This document shows positions 9,986 through 19,885 of a DNA stretch of 64,000 nucleotides, piece after piece. Numbering within the stretch: the stretch's first letter is position 1; each line of letters starts with the position of its first letter. Origin of the DNA: an uncultured Nitrososphaerales archaeon (GTDB lineage Archaea > Thermoproteota > Nitrososphaeria > Nitrososphaerales > Nitrososphaeraceae). The stretch lies in assembly GCA_963695855.1 (NCBI GenBank), contig CAVOHZ010000010.1:1280001-1344000 (forward strand). Reading direction: 5' to 3'. A program made the translations under genes and the position numbers. The notes under the pieces were generated by a model. It had not been told where the DNA came from. It was given only the letters and a program-made list of their open reading frames with translations, and searched no databases.

Positions 9986-11386
9986 ATGAATGATAAAAAA
10001 ATAGTGACGATAAATCCAGCTACTGAGCAAGTTTTAGCAGAGTATGATAGTATGAATAAAGAGCAAGTTGTTGAGATTATAAAAAAATCAAGAAGTGGAT
10101 TTGCACAATGGAGGAAAGATAGTCATAATAGGTCATTTTTTTTACATCAGTTGTCTGAAAAATTACAAACTGATAGAGAAAGACTGGCAAAAATAGCTAC
10201 ACAAGAAATGGGAAAACCAATAAAAGAATCACGAGCAGAATTGGATAAATGTTCATGGGCGATGAATTTTTATGCATATAATGGCGAAATCTTTCTACAG
10301 AATGAGTCATTAAATAGTGATGCAATTAAGACGACAATACTGTTTCAACCACTGGGAATAATCGGGAGTATAATGCCATGGAATTTTCCCTACTGGCAAG
10401 CATTAAGGGTTGCAGCACCCGCGTTGATGACAGGAAATACAATAGTATTGAAACCGTCTAGTACCACACCACAATGTGGAATCGAAATAGAAAATTTGAT
10501 GAAGGAGATAGACTTACCAGAAGGAGTATTTAGTACTTTAGTTGGAAATTCAAGCGTAGGAGAAATATTGATTGATTCAGATATAAATGGGATAACATTT
10601 ACCGGCAGCGTAGAAATTGGTGCAAAGGTTGCACAAAGGGCAACATCTCAACTTAAAAAATGTGTACTTGAGCTAGGTGGAAGTGATCCTTTCATAGTCT
10701 TGGATGACGCAGATATAGACAAATCTGCACTTGGGGCAGTAAAAGGGAGATTTTTAAACTGTGGACAGAGTTGTATTGCTTCAAAACGCTTCATTATAAC
10801 AAAAAACGTTGCCAAAGAATTTATTGAAAAATTTGTAGAAAAAACTGAAGATCTCAAAGTAGGAGATCCGCTGAAAGATGAGACTGATATAGGTCCGCTT
10901 TCAAGCATGAGTAGTATAGAAAAAATCGACATGATGGTTAAGGATGCAATTAGTAAAGGTGGCGAGATATTTACTGGTGGTGATAGGATAGGAGATAAAG
11001 GTGCATTTTATAAACCCACGATAATTGGTAAAGTTACTTCAAACATGCGTGTAGCAAAAGAGGAAACATTTGGACCAGTGGCTCCAATTACAGTTGTAGA
11101 GGATGAAAGTGAAGCCATTAAAATAGCAAATAATTCTGAATTCGGTTTGGGAGCTTGCATATGGACTCAAAATCTAGATAAAGCAGAAACACTATCGGAG
11201 ATGGTAGAATCTGGACTTGTCACTGTAAATAATGTGGTTCGATCAGATCCAAGAATTCCATTTGGGGGTATTAAGCATAGTGGGTTTGGAAGGGAATTAT
11301 CTCGATATGGAATGCTGGAGTTTGTAAATATAAAAACTGTACGGTTCTATGATAGATTAGTCCATGAACACCATAATGTAGAATAG
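9986..11386 (+). CDS. NAD(P)-dependent aldehyde dehydrogenase (succinate-semialdehyde dehydrogenase-like)
   Basis: PWNFP, FTGS, LELGGSDP, GQSC, EETFGP, PFGG motifs. Confidence 0.95.
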   Translation: MNDKKIVTINPATEQVLAEYDSMNKEQVVEIIKKSRSGFAQWRKDSHNRSFFLHQLSEKLQTDRERLAKIATQEMGKPIKESRAELDKCSWAMNFYAYNGEIFLQNESLNSDAIKTTILFQPLGIIGSIMPWNFPYWQALRVAAPALMTGNTIVLKPSSTTPQCGIEIENLMKEIDLPEGVFSTLVGNSSVGEILIDSDINGITFTGSVEIGAKVAQRATSQLKKCVLELGGSDPFIVLDDADIDKSALGAVKGRFLNCGQSCIASKRFIITKNVAKEFIEKFVEKTEDLKVGDPLKDETDIGPLSSMSSIEKIDMMVKDAISKGGEIFTGGDRIGDKGAFYKPTIIGKVTSNMRVAKEETFGPVAPITVVEDESEAIKIANNSEFGLGACIWTQNLDKAETLSEMVESGLVTVNNVVRSDPRIPFGGIKHSGFGRELSRYGMLEFVNIKTVRFYDRLVHEHHNVE

Positions 11387-11469
11387 CACATAATTACTTA
11401 AGTTCTGTTAATTTACTATAAATTCAACTCTTCGTGCATCTCAACTATGAAATGATTTTCAAATGTTTT

Positions 11470-11680
11470 ACCACTATACATAGAAATACAGAATTGTATA
11501 CAGTTATGTATTTGAAACAATTTTCAAATAATGAATGCAAATACTGTTTCAATCCAATCACGTTGCTTACTTGTGGACATCATGTACCATAATCGGTGTA
11601 AACTGGATATTTTCCATATCTTGACACAACTGATCTAATAAATTTTCCGCAACTACATGTTGTAACTTGAGATATAGATT
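11470..11680 (-). pseudogene. IS6 transposase remnant, 3' half (split by the 15.6-kb element)
   Basis: IYIS...FIRSVVSRYGKYPVYTD matches the IS6 at 6576-6998. Confidence 0.75.
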
Positions 11681-11709
11681 TAAGTGACGAATTTGTACTT
11701 TAGATAGAT

Positions 11710-13119
11710 ATGCTGTCTGCCTTGTCTTCGTCGTCGTTAAGAACAACAGCAAGAAAGAAGCTTAAAAAGGACTCATATACGTCCAATTATACCCCTTACG
11801 ACAAGTTTTTTCACTCGATACATAGTGACTCTACGAAAATAATGTATTCTTTTTGTTTAAAAAGGTTCCTAAAGTTCTGCAAATTTACAAAATATGAACA
11901 GTTATTGCAGATTTCTAATAAAAAGAAGGAAGAAGCAATAAGGGACCATATCATGTATTTGTTACACCATGAAAAACTGTCGTATTCAAGCATTAACAAC
12001 ACCGCTGCAGCCATTAAACATTTTTACGTTCTAAATGGAGTACGTCTATTACTTTGGGACGAGTTAAAGAGTCTAAAGGGAAAAAAGAAATCTGTAATAG
12101 TAGATAGAAAATATACTCCTGAAGAACTTAAAACATTAATTGAGTATGCGGACCTGCGTGAAAAAGTAGCAATTCTTACCATGCTTTCTTCGGGGATAAG
12201 GGTTGGTGCACTTGCAGACCTGCGTATTGGTGACCTAACATACAATGAAGAATACAAACTTTACAGGATTGTAGCATACAGTCAAGATACCGCTGAATCG
12301 TATGTAACTTATTGTACCCCCGAATGTGCTAATTATATCAATCTGTATTTGGAAGATAGAAAGAAGGGTGGCGAGACTATCACACCTGATTCACCACTTA
12401 TCACACACAAGATAAATTCAAAATCTATGAACAAAGAAAGTAAGGGTTTCATGGGTTCTCAATCTATTGAAAAGTTGTTGGACCGTGAAAGACATGACGC
12501 TAAGGTAATATCTCGTACTACAATGAAGGAGCTAAAGAAGAGAGTTGCTGCAGAAGAACAGAAGGGTAAGGGTAGTGGTGGTAAGGGTAAGACTAAAGGA
12601 CAATTAATTAGGAAGGAAGTAATGCGTACGCATGGATTTAGAAAAATTTTCGATACTGCATGTGTTGATTATGGTGTTAATCCTGTAATTAAAGAAGTAT
12701 TAATGGGACATAAAACCAAGTTGGGTTTGGATACAAGTTACTACAGACCAGGAGACGAAAATCAACTAATGCAGGAATATCTCAAAGTCATTGACGCATT
12801 AACGATAGACGACACATATAGATTAAGACGTAAGACTGAAAAACTTGAGAAAGAAGTTGAAGAAATCAATCTTTTAAAACGTCAACTTATGGAACTTGAG
12901 AAAGACAAAAAAGAGTATGAAGAAAAGACTAAGAAAGAAATAGACGCATTGTGGGAACTTAATGAAAAGCGGGAAATTGATATTTATAAAGAAGCCGTAG
13001 AATTTGCAACAAAACCAATTTCTTATGAGAAATATAAAGAACGAGAAAAAAGAAAATTAGAAAGAAGAAAGATTAATTTTTTACCAGAAAATAGAAGATG
13101 GAAAAAAATAAAAAAATGA
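11710..13119 (+). CDS. tyrosine recombinase/integrase
   Basis: SSGIRVG (R), HGFR, LMGH, SYY catalytic motifs; C-terminal coiled coil. Confidence 0.95.
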   Translation: MLSALSSSSLRTTARKKLKKDSYTSNYTPYDKFFHSIHSDSTKIMYSFCLKRFLKFCKFTKYEQLLQISNKKKEEAIRDHIMYLLHHEKLSYSSINNTAAAIKHFYVLNGVRLLLWDELKSLKGKKKSVIVDRKYTPEELKTLIEYADLREKVAILTMLSSGIRVGALADLRIGDLTYNEEYKLYRIVAYSQDTAESYVTYCTPECANYINLYLEDRKKGGETITPDSPLITHKINSKSMNKESKGFMGSQSIEKLLDRERHDAKVISRTTMKELKKRVAAEEQKGKGSGGKGKTKGQLIRKEVMRTHGFRKIFDTACVDYGVNPVIKEVLMGHKTKLGLDTSYYRPGDENQLMQEYLKVIDALTIDDTYRLRRKTEKLEKEVEEINLLKRQLMELEKDKKEYEEKTKKEIDALWELNEKREIDIYKEAVEFATKPISYEKYKEREKRKLERRKINFLPENRRWKKIKK

Positions 13120-13201
13120 TTATAAACAATCATTCATTCATTCATTGTAAGAAAAAAACATAAAAAAAATTTAGTAAAATTATAAATTTAATTTAAAAAA
13201 A

Positions 13202-13570
13202 TTAAAAAGAATAGTCGTCTTCCAGGTAAGATTTTGATTCTTCTTTATTCGTACTACTAACTTTTAATATATCTGCAGGTAATTTCTCAACTTCCTGGAT
13301 TGTATTGAATCTAATACCAAATTCTATTGCAAAGATATGTTTACACCTATCTGTTCTATTACTTTCAAAGTCTTTGCAACTGCACCATTCAAAAACTGAA
13401 GGTTCATAACGTACGAAGTATTAACGTGAATCACTACTTTCAGATTCTACATAATACGTGTTTTTCTTGTTCTGAAGGTGGTAGATATTGCGGGAGAGAG
13501 CGATTGCCCTTGCTCTCCCTTCTCGTCTATTCTTTGATTTCTCAATTGTTTTAGAAACTGTTTGTTTCAT
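13202..13570 (-). pseudogene. SWIM zinc-finger protein with one internal stop
   Basis: MKQTVSK...SDSR*YFVRY...WCSCKDF...RCKHIFA; TAA at 13421-13423. Confidence 0.8.
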
Positions 13571-13687
13571 TGGTATAGTATAGTTGGTATAATTCTTATT
13601 TAAAGTATATTATTAATGATACGTATAACTTATATACCGATTAGTATAAGTGTAGTCATGGAAAATAGTATATTGGGTACTAATAGC

Positions 13688-13822
13688 ATGGTAAAGACTA
13701 TCAAAATCAGTGAAGACATACACACCAGACTTTTGAAAGTTGGTTCAATGGGAGAGACGTTTGAAGACGTTATTGAAAGGTTACTGGATTTTTATGAAAG
13801 TAAAGGGAAGTCTCAGAAATGA
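13688..13822 (+). CDS. small ribbon-helix-helix/antitoxin-like DNA-binding protein
   Basis: MVKTIKISEDIHTRL...ETFEDVIERLLD pattern. Confidence 0.8.
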   Translation: MVKTIKISEDIHTRLLKVGSMGETFEDVIERLLDFYESKGKSQK

Positions 13823-14091
13823 TAGACAATAATAATACCAGCAATAAAGACAGCAGAAGACATGGAAGGATTTATAATAAGAAAGAACTAAGGGAGAATT
13901 TTGAGGATATAGACGATATCTTACAAAACTTTGAAATGCTGTTACAGGAATTAATAGGAGAGCTGGATATAGATAAAGAAGAAATCAATACCGAAGAGGT
14001 AAGGAGCATATTGAAAGCGATGGAATATTTATGCGATGACCTTGACGACTCACCTCTTATTAATAAAATGAAACAGAATGAGTCAAAATAA
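13819..14091 (+). CDS. acidic hypothetical protein
   Basis: ATGA overlap with the upstream gene. Confidence 0.7.
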   Translation: MIDNNNTSNKDSRRHGRIYNKKELRENFEDIDDILQNFEMLLQELIGELDIDKEEINTEEVRSILKAMEYLCDDLDDSPLINKMKQNESK

Positions 14092-14566
14092 TATTTATCC
14101 AAAAACCTGTTCTTATGGGTGTGGTTTACAAATCTACTGGAATACTGCAGAGAATACATTTTTTGAAGTTTTAACACAAAAGAAGCATATTTGTCCTAAC
14201 AGCAGAAAACCTAGTACTCCAGCTAATACTACTACAGGTAATTCATATAATTATAGTAAAAAACCCTGGTTACCAAAACAGAAAATGTCTAATTCCTTTG
14301 AATTACTTTCTGGTACGATTGCAAGTGTACAGAGACAATATGAAGTTCTGTCGGATATCGTTATAGAACTTAATGGTAAGGTACATGGTTCTCAAAGGGA
14401 TAGAGATTCAAGAACCGGTATGTTAGACTTGCTGGTATATTATGAAGTACTTGAAGGTAAGAGAGACGAAGTAAAGAGAAGGTTTGAATTTATCAAAAAC
14501 AAGCCTTCTTCGTCTACTAATGCTGCTAGTACCTATATTCCAAGTGGTAGTAGTGTAGCAGCCTAA
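14078..14566 (+). CDS. hypothetical protein with Cys/His motif
   Basis: CSYGC...HIC; overlaps the upstream gene. Confidence 0.75.
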   Translation: MSQNNIYPKTCSYGCGLQIYWNTAENTFFEVLTQKKHICPNSRKPSTPANTTTGNSYNYSKKPWLPKQKMSNSFELLSGTIASVQRQYEVLSDIVIELNGKVHGSQRDRDSRTGMLDLLVYYEVLEGKRDEVKRRFEFIKNKPSSSTNAASTYIPSGSSVAA

Positions 14567-14607
14567 TGTATATATATACTTAAACTCCTAGTAGTAGTGT
14601 AATACGC

Positions 14608-15126
14608 ATGAAGGCATTATCAGACAAAGCGAAGGTTGAACAGTTAACGGATACGCTTGCTGACCTCCTTCGTCCCAGCGATGAGGAAAATAGGGCCACA
14701 GAATTAAGTTTGTGGAAGGTATGGGCTTATCATTGTTACCGTTGTAATTATCTCTGGTTTCCTAAAGATTATGATTATGGGCTTGATAATCCCATTCTAA
14801 ATATGACTCCTCCTACGTCATGTGCCAGGTGTAAATCAAAATACTGGAATAAGATTCCACAAAGAAGGACAAAGAATTATGATAATATGCTTGCACTTCC
14901 CAGAATAGTGGCATTGAGTTTGAAGTATTTTCTTGATAGGTTTGGCAGTCCTGAAGAATTCCAGAAAGTGTATAGGGAATTCATGGCACGTAATCCCTAT
15001 ATAAAAGATAACGTAGAATTTGACGAAGCGTTCAGAAAAGAATTCGATACCCCTGACAGGATAATAATATCTAGAAATGTGAGAGATATAATTGATAGTG
15101 CAGTAGAGATAAGAAGAAATAACTAA
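14608..15126 (+). CDS. zinc-ribbon protein
   Basis: CYRCNYLW...CARCKSKYW; homologue at 50742-51239. Confidence 0.75.
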   Translation: MKALSDKAKVEQLTDTLADLLRPSDEENRATELSLWKVWAYHCYRCNYLWFPKDYDYGLDNPILNMTPPTSCARCKSKYWNKIPQRRTKNYDNMLALPRIVALSLKYFLDRFGSPEEFQKVYREFMARNPYIKDNVEFDEAFRKEFDTPDRIIISRNVRDIIDSAVEIRRNN

Positions 15127-15746
15127 CTAAAAATTTTTATCCTAATCCTTTCTTATTTTCATTGTTATTATTGTGTTGGGAACCAGAAAACTAAACAGTC
15201 TTCATAAAGTGGACCAGGTTAGAGTTATCCAGTTAAATGAACAGATATATCAGAGATAGAGAAATCATTTTAATGAGTTTCACTGTGGACCCGAAGATTT
15301 ATGCAATAATAAAGTTACTACGTATGAGGATATAATTATCAAGATATTAGACTTTTACGAAGAAAGGAATCAAGTCTTATTAGTTACCAAAAAAGTTCTC
15401 TATTCTTGAACACTTAAATACTAACACTTAAATAACTGTGATGGTATATTATAGTTAACACCGAAATCTCTATAATGTATTTTTGCGGCACTAACCTTAT
15501 TAAATCTAATGCAGAGAGAAAAAAAGAAGTATATGACATAACCTATGGAGAATCTTCACGCCCATTTGGTGGATAAATTTCAAGAACAAAATAATTAAGT
15601 GTTATAACAGTAGTAAATAAATAAAAAATAAGATTATAATATATAACCTTTGTAGTTTTTATTGTCTGGTTTCTCTAATGTAGGAACCTTGACGATACTA
15701 TCAGAAAACTACTAGATTTTTATGATAGTAAGGAGAAATCACAGAA

Positions 15747-16259
15747 ATGACTACTAGCGACGACGACAATAATAACAATAACGATGAAGAAGGTAAGGTA
15801 ATTCTGGATGAAGAAGGTCTGGTAATTCTGGATGAAGAAGGTCAGGTAATAATTCTGGACCCTAAGCGTAATAAGGTAATTGAATTTGTATTCGAACAGG
15901 GCGGTAAGGAAGGTAGTAGAAGAATATACATTGATGAAAAATGTCGTTGGTATTGTATAGCGGCTTCTCTGAAAGATGCGAAAGAAGGTAGGGGTAAATT
16001 CTATAAATATACTGATTTGGGCAGAAAATTATTGTTGGAAGTTTTCGCTGAATTAGATAAAACAGGTCATTTTAATGATAAAGCGATCTATAAATATACT
16101 GATTTGGGCAGAAAATTATTGTTGGAAGTTTTCGCTGAATTAGATAAAACAGGTCATTTTAATGATAAAGCGATAGAAGAAGATTACTTCTCTGATATTG
16201 TGGTTAGAAAGTGTATTGATATGATCAAAATCAAAAATGACCTATCAGATCTTAAATAA
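15747..16259 (+). CDS. hypothetical protein with internal tandem duplications
   Basis: DEEGxVIL x3; exact 87-bp duplication 16001-16087/16088-16174. Confidence 0.7.
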   Translation: MTTSDDDNNNNNDEEGKVILDEEGLVILDEEGQVIILDPKRNKVIEFVFEQGGKEGSRRIYIDEKCRWYCIAASLKDAKEGRGKFYKYTDLGRKLLLEVFAELDKTGHFNDKAIYKYTDLGRKLLLEVFAELDKTGHFNDKAIEEDYFSDIVVRKCIDMIKIKNDLSDLK

Positions 16260-16384
16260 AATTTCAATTTTATTAAATATTTAATATTTTTTTATATGCA
16301 ATATAATTTTTTAAATATACTTTTATTCTAATCTTCTTTTATTTTCTTTGTATAGGTGGTAGTGGTCCGTAACGTGGTGGCTGA

Positions 16385-16555
16385 TTGGGTAGAGTTGTAG
16401 CGGAAACAAAAGAAGGGAAATTAATTCAGATAGAAAATGAGACTTTTGAAAGAATGAAGGGAAACAGTGTACAATATGGGAAAGTAGAATCTGTTGACGA
16501 GATAATGAATAGACTACTGGATTTTTATGACAGTAAGGGAAAATCACAGAAATGA
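16385..16555 (+). CDS. RHH/antitoxin-like paralogue
   Basis: ETFERMK...VESVDEIMNRLLDFYDSKGKSQK. Confidence 0.65.
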   Translation: MGRVVAETKEGKLIQIENETFERMKGNSVQYGKVESVDEIMNRLLDFYDSKGKSQK

Positions 16556-16644
16556 CGTTTGGAGTGATTGAGCAATGGGTTATAGTAATTGCTCTTATTA
16601 CTGCAGCAGTTTGCTATATATCGGCAAGTAAAATGTGGGATTGA
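16552..16644 (+). CDS. 30-aa single-TM peptide
   Basis: MTFGVIEQWVIVIALITAAVCYISASKMWD; ATGA overlap with the upstream gene. Confidence 0.5.
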   Translation: MTFGVIEQWVIVIALITAAVCYISASKMWD

Positions 16645-16744
16645 TCAAACGGCAAGAACAAAACTGAACGCAATAAAGAATAAAATCTAAAAATTACAAG
16701 ATTTGCAAAATCTTATATCATAGGTTTTTAATCTATAAGTCGAA

Positions 16745-16903
16745 ATGTCAGTAGGAAAGTCATATAGATTTGAGGAAATCAAGTTATTTTGTTCGGATTG
16801 TAAGGGAGATAATGATCTAACTGGAGAACTTACAATCTATAAGGGAGATTTAGTTTGTAAACAATGCTTAGAGAGTAGAAAGGAACCCCAATCAACCTTC
16901 TAA
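16745..16903 (+). CDS. small zinc-finger protein
   Basis: CSDC...CKQC, 52 aa. Confidence 0.6.
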   Translation: MSVGKSYRFEEIKLFCSDCKGDNDLTGELTIYKGDLVCKQCLESRKEPQSTF

Positions 16904-16960
16904 AAATTTTTATCCTAATTTTCTTTATAAATAAAAGTACTGGCTAGAAGATATGCAGGG

Positions 16961-17149
16961 TTGGGTGTAAGTACAAGGTTACGTGTTGTAAGTACTAATG
17001 GTAAGAGTAGCAGTAAGAAGAAGGTTGTTATGAAGATATCAGAGAAGACTTTTGAAAGGTTGAAAGAGAATAGTTTTCAGTATGGTGAAGTGGAATCTTA
17101 TGACGAGATTCTTATCAGACTATTAGATTTTTATGAACAAAGAAAATAA
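16961..17149 (+). CDS. RHH/antitoxin-like paralogue
   Basis: MKISEKTFERLK...ESYDEILIRLLDFYE. Confidence 0.75.
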   Translation: MGVSTRLRVVSTNGKSSSKKKVVMKISEKTFERLKENSFQYGEVESYDEILIRLLDFYEQRK

Positions 17150-17178
17150 ATAAAAAAGGAGGTTGCTCCTTTGACATG

Positions 17179-18077
17179 CTAATTTCCGACAGGGAAAGAC
17201 TCTCCATTTATTTTAAGGACCGAGGAGGTTGAGATAGAAGATGCGTCCAACTCTTGGATTGTAATTGAATTTGTTGCTGTACAGGTCTGTGTTTGTCCCG
17301 CCGCTATTGTTCCCGTTGTTATGAAAGCACTGATGACTTCATCACAATCTCCTGTATATGATACAATAAGAATGGCTTGGCGGGGTGGATCGTCATGAGA
17401 TTGTATCCAAGCAATGACTTCGGTGATGTACTGCCCGAAATCTTCTATTACTTGATAATCACCTGGATTCAACGTTACGACTGTTCCACTAGTAGAACCG
17501 GGAAATTCAGAAGATGGATTTGGATTGTTACCATTCACTTGGAAAGGAAAATCACTTTCATCTACCGTTGATAGTAGGTCTTCACAATCACCTTCAATTT
17601 CGTCTGTACAGTCAATTTGTTTAGCAACCGTCAAAGTCGTTGGTGGTGGTAATTGTACCTGTTCGTTGTCATTCACATTTACACATATATTTACAAGATT
17701 CCTGTCGAAGTTTATTTTATCGAGTCCGTTACCATTTTGTGCGTTTGCTGCGTCTGGACCTGCTGTTCCTTCGTTCGCTGCTGCAGTAGCAGTAGTGTCT
17801 TCAGGTATTTGGGTAATATCTATTCCATTGACATTTATGTTACTGTTTACACAGGATATTTTCTGATATCTCCATGAGAACTCTTTTTTTGATGGTTATC
17901 ATAACTATATCTATTGCCGTCTTGGTAATAGTTGCTATCATATCCGTAATGATTGTCGTACATTTGTGCACCTGCGTTTGTAATTGTTGAAAGGTTTAGA
18001 GCCAGTATACTTGTCGCTAGTATTGCTCTCAGTATAGAAGCAAAAACTATAATTCTGTTGTTATTATTATTGCTCAA
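17179..18077 (-). pseudogene. secreted surface protein, frameshifted
   Basis: Signal-peptide ORF 17847-18077 continues after a frameshift near 17860 into SCVNSNINVNGIDI...LTVAKQIDC...CTATN. Confidence 0.7.
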
Positions 18078-18316
18078 TACATTGTTAAATACGAATTTAA
18101 TATATCCTAGGTTGGAAGGAACATTATCTAATCTTGTAATATTTCAAGATTCTGAATGATTGACAAGAAGAAGAATAGAAAATGATGTTAAGGTAGAAAG
18201 TTAAAACTCCTAGATAGAAAATCATACGAGAACGACAAGTAATATGGGTCGAGTAACAATTAGACTAATTAAATTTCGTTAAAAAAAAGAAATAGATGAT
18301 GGTTGGAGTAGGTGTT

Positions 18317-19108
18317 TTACACTGGAGGGAAAGTACCTACAGTCCTTAGACAATCAACAATCGCATCTATATCTGCCTGTTCTATACTAGCAATACTATC
18401 AAGTTCCGATCTAAGGGCTTGTTCATTTTTGAATTGGTCAAGTATTGCACAATATCCGTCAAGATTCCGTGTTGGAAATCCTGCTAAGAACGTTGCTAGA
18501 TCCGCTTCTTCTTGGTCGTCTAAGATACTTGTAAAGCATTCTTGACATGTTTCTGGGGGTGGTGGGAATAGTACTGGTAATAATGCTTTTTCGAAACAGT
18601 CAAAGAGACCTCTTACAACTCTATCGATATTTGTATTTGTTTGTAATAGTACAGCATCTTCTATTATTTTCAATGCATCTACAGGAGTTACTGTCTCAGT
18701 TACAAGAAAATCAAGAGCAAGTTCTAGGTTTTTACAAATATCAAATAGTTGTGCGGTATTATACTCAGCGTCAGGTGATCCGGTCGTTAAACATGTTGCT
18801 CCCGAAACTGTTGGTTCGGTATCATCTACACAATTAATACTATCAAAATTAACAAAATTTATTGCATTAATCAATGCATTAAGAAGGGTACCTGTTTGTG
18901 CAGCATTCAAGAAATGTAACCAATACTTTACACATTCTTCACATATTATTTGTTCATCCGTTAACTCAGGTGGAAGTACTGTCGGGGGATCTGCTGAAGC
19001 TTGATTAGTGGATACCTGCATTGCCGATATCGGCTTTGACATGTTCATAGTGGTTGCCAAAAAAAGCATAACTACTAGAGAGAGACCTAAGATATTTGAT
19101 TTGTGCAT
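18317..19108 (-). CDS. secreted Cys-rich acidic protein
   Basis: Signal peptide; CEEC and CQEC modules. Confidence 0.75.
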   Translation of the reverse strand: MHKSNILGLSLVVMLFLATTMNMSKPISAMQVSTNQASADPPTVLPPELTDEQIICEECVKYWLHFLNAAQTGTLLNALINAINFVNFDSINCVDDTEPTVSGATCLTTGSPDAEYNTAQLFDICKNLELALDFLVTETVTPVDALKIIEDAVLLQTNTNIDRVVRGLFDCFEKALLPVLFPPPPETCQECFTSILDDQEEADLATFLAGFPTRNLDGYCAILDQFKNEQALRSELDSIASIEQADIDAIVDCLRTVGTFPPV

Positions 19109-19885
19109 TGTTCTTTTACTATTTTATATATATATTAATCTAAGGACACATTTTTCTCTAAATTTATGACAAAAATTATTTTGAGTCAGTTACTTTAAAA
19201 TAATCAAGAATATAATATAATAGAAATCTTATAAAAAGATTAAAGTTTAGATATTTCTAGTATTTTCATTAATTAATTTATAGCTGTTATTATTACAGAT
19301 ATCTTTTTCATCATCTTGATAGTTAGTCTTATCCTTAAAACTATCTATTTGTTTCTTTGATTTGAGATAATATATTAATTAAGTTCTGATAATAAAAAAT
19401 AAACATATGGTAATAGCATATGTATAGTAGATTCTTATTTCAACACAGCTATCCATTATTGGTATTAGTCTTATATATTAATTATAAAATTGTTGCAATT
19501 GTTTCAAGGTAAGATTAGTGAATAAAAATTTCCACGTTCGCCTGATCTAAAGTAATAATAAAAAGTAGGAAAATTTGGCCGTTTTACTTAATTACATATA
19601 AATTAATTATAAATATGAATTTCTATCCCATAGAAAGAAATTTGAATATACCTTTAATTCCCTGAAAATCAACGGTTATGAAGAGTGCATCTAGGAGAAC
19701 CACAAACGATTATAGTGTCTCTATTAAGGACGTGAATCATCATAGTCATTCTTTTTATACTCATAAATAAATAATATCATTGTGGCTTTTTTACACAAAA
19801 AGAGTGAAAATTATAAAGAATAAAAAATAGTAGATATAATTAGTTCAAAATAGCAATTATAAAAAATAGCACCAAACATATTTTA

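Noticed and set aside
10648-10932. Antisense/shadow ORFs (also 11811, 12024, 20601, 23496, 24566, 34035, 40775, 59464 and similar)
   Set aside because: They overlap well-supported genes on the opposite strand and lack motifs.
11551-11567. AATCCAATCACGTTGCT as the left terminal inverted repeat of the element
   Set aside because: It lies inside the IS6 remnant, outside the 9-bp direct repeat that defines the end; probably coincidental.
16001-16174. Diversity-generating retroelement TR/VR pair
   Set aside because: Copies are identical and tandem, with no adenine-specific differences and no reverse transcriptase in the window.
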